From contig JBATND010000068.1 of NCBI GenBank assembly GCA_049290175.1, positions 1 through 43,682 on the forward strand: DNA of 43,682 nucleotides, in the 5' to 3' direction. A program made the position numbers and the translations under genes. Under the pieces are notes generated by a model that was not told the origin of the DNA, searched no databases, and worked only from the letters and a program-made list of their open reading frames with translations. The stretch's first letter is position 1. Every line of letters starts with the position of its first letter. Source of the stretch: Flavobacteriales bacterium. Lineage in GTDB: Bacteria > Bacteroidota > Bacteroidia > Flavobacteriales_F > PHOS-HE28. This document shows, one piece after another, positions 39,773 to 43,682 of the stretch.

Positions 39773-42700
39773 ATGCACCCCTCAGGCCCTTTACGCTTCC
39801 TCTTAGCGCTAGCCTTCGTGGGCCTGGTTCTGGCACCTGTTCGTGCCGATCACTTCTCCGGTGCGAACATCACCTATGTGTGCAACGGCGGGAACTCATA
39901 CACCATCACGCTCGACCTTTTCCTCGATTGCGCAGGTGCACCGATCACACCGCACGCACTCAACTTCTCGAACAACTGCGGGGTCAACTTCACCTTGAAC
40001 AACATACCGCTGGTGCAGACCAACGAGGTCTCGCAACTCTGCGGTTCTCAGCTGCTCAATAGCACGTGCAATGGCGGCACCCTGCCGGGCGTCATGCACT
40101 ACCAGTTCCAGGTCACGCTGAACCTTTCTCCGTGCAATAGCTGGAACATCAGTTGGGCGATCTGTTGCCGGTCCTTCACGCAGAACGTGCAAGCCGCGCC
40201 GGGCATGTACGTGAACGCCACGCTCAATAACCTGGGCGGGCTCTGCGATCAGTCGCCGCAATTCGGCGACATGACCATCCCCTACGTGTGCGTGGGAACG
40301 CCGGTCTCCTACAACCCGCAAGTGACCGACCCCGATGGCAATACGCTGGTGTACTCCTTCATCAGCGCGCGCTTCGGAGCTCCGGCACCCACCAACGTCA
40401 CCTACCAAGCGGGATTCACGGCTGGCACGCCCATCCCAGGCATCACGCTCAACCCGAATACTGGCCAGATCAACTTCACTCCGGCGGTAACCGGCCAATA
40501 CGTTATCGCGCTCCAGATCGCCTCTTACAATGCCATGGGCCAGCTCATCGGCACGGTGATGCGCGACTTCCTCTTCATCGTTATCCCCTGCATCGATCCG
40601 CCAGCCAACAACATAGGCCCTACTTCAATCACATCGGGTTTCATCACGAGCGCAACTTCTGTGGAGATGTGCGATGGTGTCCCTTCTTGCGTCAACCTGA
40701 CCTTCACCGATGTTGATCCGCTTGCGGTGATCACGCTTTCCTCGCAGATCACCGCGCAGCTGCCGGGCTCCACATTCATCGTGAATGGCACCAACCCAGC
40801 CGTGGCCACGCTCTGCTGGACCCCGGTGCTCGCCCTATCGCCGGTCACTGCGATCGTTGATGTGAACGACAACGCGTGCCCACTGCAGAACCTCTCGAAC
40901 TACGCGCTCACTATAAACGTGGTGGCCGCCCCACCAGTCCCACCGAATGCGGGAACCTCAGCGACGATTTCCGTTTGCGCGGGCACGCCACCCGTGAATC
41001 TCTTCGCACAGTTGGGTGGCACACCTCAGGCTGGCGGCGTTTGGGTTGGACCGAATGGCGCGAATAATGGCACCTTCAATCCCGCCTCGAATCCTTACGG
41101 CGTTTACACCTACACGGTGGGCAACGGATGCCAGAACGCATCGGCCACTGTTACGGTGAACCAAGCTGCGGCAGGGAGCGCGGGCACCAACGGGAACATC
41201 ACCGTATGCGGAAACGGCGCGGCCTTCTCACTCTTCGCCCAGCTCGGCGGCAGCCCTTCAGTAGGGGGGGCTTGGAGCGGTCCTTCACCGGTGGTCGGTG
41301 GCAATTACAACCCGCCCACCATGAACCCGGGCGTTTATACCTACACGGTCACCAATCCGCCACCATGCGCTAACTCAACGGCGACCGTGACAGTCGCGGA
41401 GAATAATCCTCCAAATGCCGGCACCAATGGCACGTTGACCTTGTGCAGCACCAATGCGGCCACCAGCATGTTCGCACAGCTCGGCGGAGGGCCGCAAGCC
41501 GGCGGCGCGTGGAGCGGTCCCAGCGCTATAGTCGGCGGCAACTTCAATCCTGCCACAATGCTGGCTGGCGTTTACACCTATACGGTAAATGGCGTGGCGC
41601 CATGTGCAAGCGCCTCGGCCACGGTCACTGTTACGGTGAACGCTGCCGCGAACGCGGGAACCAATGGCACGCTCGCGCTGTGCAGCAATAGCGCCGCTGC
41701 GAGCCTCTTCGCGCAGCTCGGCGGAACACCGCAAGCAGGCGGCGCGTGGAGCGGTCCTTCAGCAGTTGTCGGCGGCAACTACAACCCGGTGACGATGGAT
41801 CCCGGTGTGTACACCTACACAGTGACCGGCGTTGCGCCATGCGCGAACGCAAGCGCGACGGTGACAGTCACCGAGAACGCTGCAACGAACGCCGGAACAA
41901 ACGGAACGCTCACCGCGTGCAGCGATGGTGCTGCGCAGTCACTCTTCGCTGCATTGGGTGGAACACCGCAGGCAGGCGGCGTATGGAGCGGTCCTTCAGC
42001 AGTTGTCGGCGGGAACTATGATCCTGCCACGATGGATCCCGGCGTGTACACCTACACTGTTACAGGTGTGGCGCCTTGCACCAACGCGAGTGCGACGGTG
42101 ACAGTAACAGAGAACGCCGCGACCAACGCGGGAACAAACGGAACGCTCACCGTGTGCAGCGATGGCGCTGCGCAATCGCTCTTCGCTGCATTGGGCGGAA
42201 CACCGCAGGCTGGCGGCGCATGGTCTGGCCCTAACGCTGTTATCGGCGGCAACTACGATCCCGCGACGATGGATCCCGGCGTGTACACCTACACCGTGAC
42301 CGGTGTGGCGCCTTGCACCAACGCGAGCGCAACGATCACCGTCACCGAGAACGCCGCGACCAACGCAGGCACCAACGGCACGCTTACCGTTTGCAGTGAT
42401 GGCGCTGCGCAATCGCTCTTCGCTGCATTGGGCGGAACACCGCAGGCTGGCGGCGCATGGTCTGGCCCTAGCGCTGTTATCGGCGGCAACTACGATCCCG
42501 CGACGATGGATCCCGGCGTGTACACCTACACCGTGACCGGTGTGGCGCCTTGCACCAACGCGAGCGCGACAGTGACAGTAACAGAGAACGCCGCAACGAA
42601 CGCCGGAACAAACGGAACGCTCACCGTGTGCAGCGATGGCGCCGCACAATCACTCTTCGCTGCGCTGGGCGGAACACCGCAGGCAGGCGGCGCATGGTCT

Positions 42701-43682
42701 GGCCCTAGCGCTGTTATCGGCGGCAACTACGATCCGGTGACCATGGATCCGGGTGTGTACACCTACACTGTTACAGGTGTTGCGCCCTGCACGAACGCCA
42801 GCGCGACGGTGACAGTAACGGAGAACGCCGCGACGAACGCAGGCATCAACGGCACGCTCATGGTTTGCAGTGATGGCGCTGCGCAATCACTCTTCACTGC
42901 ATTAGGCGGAACACCGCAAGCAGGCGGCGCGTGGAGCGGCCCAAGCGCGGTTGTCGGCGGCAACTACAACCCGGTGACGATGGACCCCGGCGTGTACACC
43001 TACACTGTTACAGGTGTGGCGCCTTGCACCAACGCCAGCGCGACGGTGACAGTAACAGAGAACGCCGCAACGAACGCAGGCACCAACGGCACGCTTACCG
43101 TTTGCAGCGATGGCGCTGCTGCGAGCTTCTTCGCGCAACTCGGTGGAACTCCACAGGCTGGCGGCGCGTGGAGTGGACCTAGCGCGGTTGTCGGCGGCAA
43201 CTACGATCCCGCGACGATGGATCCCGGCGTGTACACCTACACCGTGACCGGTGTGGCGCCTTGCACCAACGCGAGCGCAACGATCACCGTCACCGAGAAC
43301 GCCGCGACGAACGCAGGCACCAACGGCACGCTTACCGTTTGCAGCGATGGCGCTGCTGTGAGCCTCTTCGCGCAGCTTGGTGGATCGCCCGATGCGGGTG
43401 GAACATGGAGCGGCCCTTCAACGGTAGTTGGTGGCAACTACGATTCCGCCACGATGACGCCGGGCGTTTACACCTACACGGTTACAGGCGCGGCGCCATG
43501 CACCAACGCGAGCGCGACGATCACCGTCACCGAGAACGCCGCGACCAACGCAGGCACCGATGGCAGCGTGACCGTCTGTGATGCCGGTGCTGCTGTGAGC
43601 CTCTTCGCGCAGCTTGGTGGAGCGCCGGATGCAGGCGGAGCATGGAGCGGGCCGAGCACGGTGGTCGGTGGCAACTACGACC
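39773..43682 (+). CDS. giant repeat adhesin (gliding-motility/CHU-type large surface protein), 3'-truncated by the window edge
   Basis: It is not in the supplied ORF track because no stop occurs before the window end. Hand translation from ATG 39773 stays open for 1303 codons. Signal peptide MHPSGPLRFLLALAFVGLVLAPVRA. N-terminal HFSGANITYVCNGGNSYTITLDLFLDCAG motif, then 77-79-aa tandem repeats. Confidence 0.85.
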   Translation, partial: MHPSGPLRFLLALAFVGLVLAPVRADHFSGANITYVCNGGNSYTITLDLFLDCAGAPITPHALNFSNNCGVNFTLNNIPLVQTNEVSQLCGSQLLNSTCNGGTLPGVMHYQFQVTLNLSPCNSWNISWAICCRSFTQNVQAAPGMYVNATLNNLGGLCDQSPQFGDMTIPYVCVGTPVSYNPQVTDPDGNTLVYSFISARFGAPAPTNVTYQAGFTAGTPIPGITLNPNTGQINFTPAVTGQYVIALQIASYNAMGQLIGTVMRDFLFIVIPCIDPPANNIGPTSITSGFITSATSVEMCDGVPSCVNLTFTDVDPLAVITLSSQITAQLPGSTFIVNGTNPAVATLCWTPVLALSPVTAIVDVNDNACPLQNLSNYALTINVVAAPPVPPNAGTSATISVCAGTPPVNLFAQLGGTPQAGGVWVGPNGANNGTFNPASNPYGVYTYTVGNGCQNASATVTVNQAAAGSAGTNGNITVCGNGAAFSLFAQLGGSPSVGGAWSGPSPVVGGNYNPPTMNPGVYTYTVTNPPPCANSTATVTVAENNPPNAGTNGTLTLCSTNAATSMFAQLGGGPQAGGAWSGPSAIVGGNFNPATMLAGVYTYTVNGVAPCASASATVTVTVNAAANAGTNGTLALCSNSAAASLFAQLGGTPQAGGAWSGPSAVVGGNYNPVTMDPGVYTYTVTGVAPCANASATVTVTENAATNAGTNGTLTACSDGAAQSLFAALGGTPQAGGVWSGPSAVVGGNYDPATMDPGVYTYTVTGVAPCTNASATVTVTENAATNAGTNGTLTVCSDGAAQSLFAALGGTPQAGGAWSGPNAVIGGNYDPATMDPGVYTYTVTGVAPCTNASATITVTENAATNAGTNGTLTVCSDGAAQSLFAALGGTPQAGGAWSGPSAVIGGNYDPATMDPGVYTYTVTGVAPCTNASATVTVTENAATNAGTNGTLTVCSDGAAQSLFAALGGTPQAGGAWSGPSAVIGGNYDPVTMDPGVYTYTVTGVAPCTNASATVTVTENAATNAGINGTLMVCSDGAAQSLFTALGGTPQAGGAWSGPSAVVGGNYNPVTMDPGVYTYTVTGVAPCTNASATVTVTENAATNAGTNGTLTVCSDGAAASFFAQLGGTPQAGGAWSGPSAVVGGNYDPATMDPGVYTYTVTGVAPCTNASATITVTENAATNAGTNGTLTVCSDGAAVSLFAQLGGSPDAGGTWSGPSTVVGGNYDSATMTPGVYTYTVTGAAPCTNASATITVTENAATNAGTDGSVTVCDAGAAVSLFAQLGGAPDAGGAWSGPSTVVGGNYD
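40946..43682 (+). repeat. 237-nt (79-aa) coding tandem repeat, 11 full units plus 1 partial
   Basis: Units start at 40946 (231 nt), 41177, 41414, 41651, 41888, 42125, 42362, 42599, 42836, 43073, 43310 and 43547. Consensus NAGTNGTLTVCSDGAAQSLFAALGGTPQAGGAWSGPSAVIGGNYDPATMDPGVYTYTVTGVAPCTNASATVTVTENAAT. Confidence 0.9.

Noticed and set aside
42052-43674. A series of 66-aa minus-strand ORFs (MPP(I/T)TALGP..HAPPACGVPP...) spaced exactly 237 nt apart.
   Set aside because: They are antisense shadows of the 237-nt repeat of the unlisted giant plus-strand ORF. Each is bounded by the same repeat-encoded stop.
40946-43682. A CRISPR array, suggested by the regular direct repeats here and at 4267-6215 and 15806-16335.
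   Set aside because: The units are contiguous with no unique spacers. They are 69-237 nt long, lie inside long open reading frames and translate into coherent protein repeats.

Overview
This is a high-GC chromosomal window that looks like Bacteroidota, judging from several T9SS-type C-terminal sorting domains, a TonB-dependent receptor operon and Bacteroidota-style signal peptides. I support about 27 protein genes and found no rRNA, tRNA, CRISPR array, transposase or integrase. Layout: (i) nt 1-17953 is a co-directional array of secreted proteins. It holds an FN3-repeat protein, a small T9SS protein, a 1252-aa collagen-like/tail-fibre-like protein with a C-terminal S74 chaperone domain, a TPR-class III cyclase, three tandem SUMF1/FGE-fold paralogs, a protein with eight GRGD repeats and a DsbA-like oxidoreductase. 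(ii) Next come a LytTR response regulator and asnS. asnS carries an in-frame, low-GC insertion of about 157 codons. It is followed by two small islets, each bounded by a copy of the asnS 3' end. (iii) Two T9SS cargo genes share a conserved leader hairpin element. (iv) A signalling cluster holds two more class III cyclases, a histidine kinase and a NarL-type regulator. One cyclase and the kinase share the same ~430-aa sensor module. (v) A DOPA-dioxygenase-like gene, an ArsC-family gene and a TonB-receptor/DUF5689-like/T9SS operon follow. (vi) At the right edge there is an ORF of more than 1303 codons that is absent from the supplied ORF track because it has no stop in the window. It encodes a giant adhesin with twelve 237-nt tandem repeats. 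All functional calls come from motif recognition by eye; no database search was possible.
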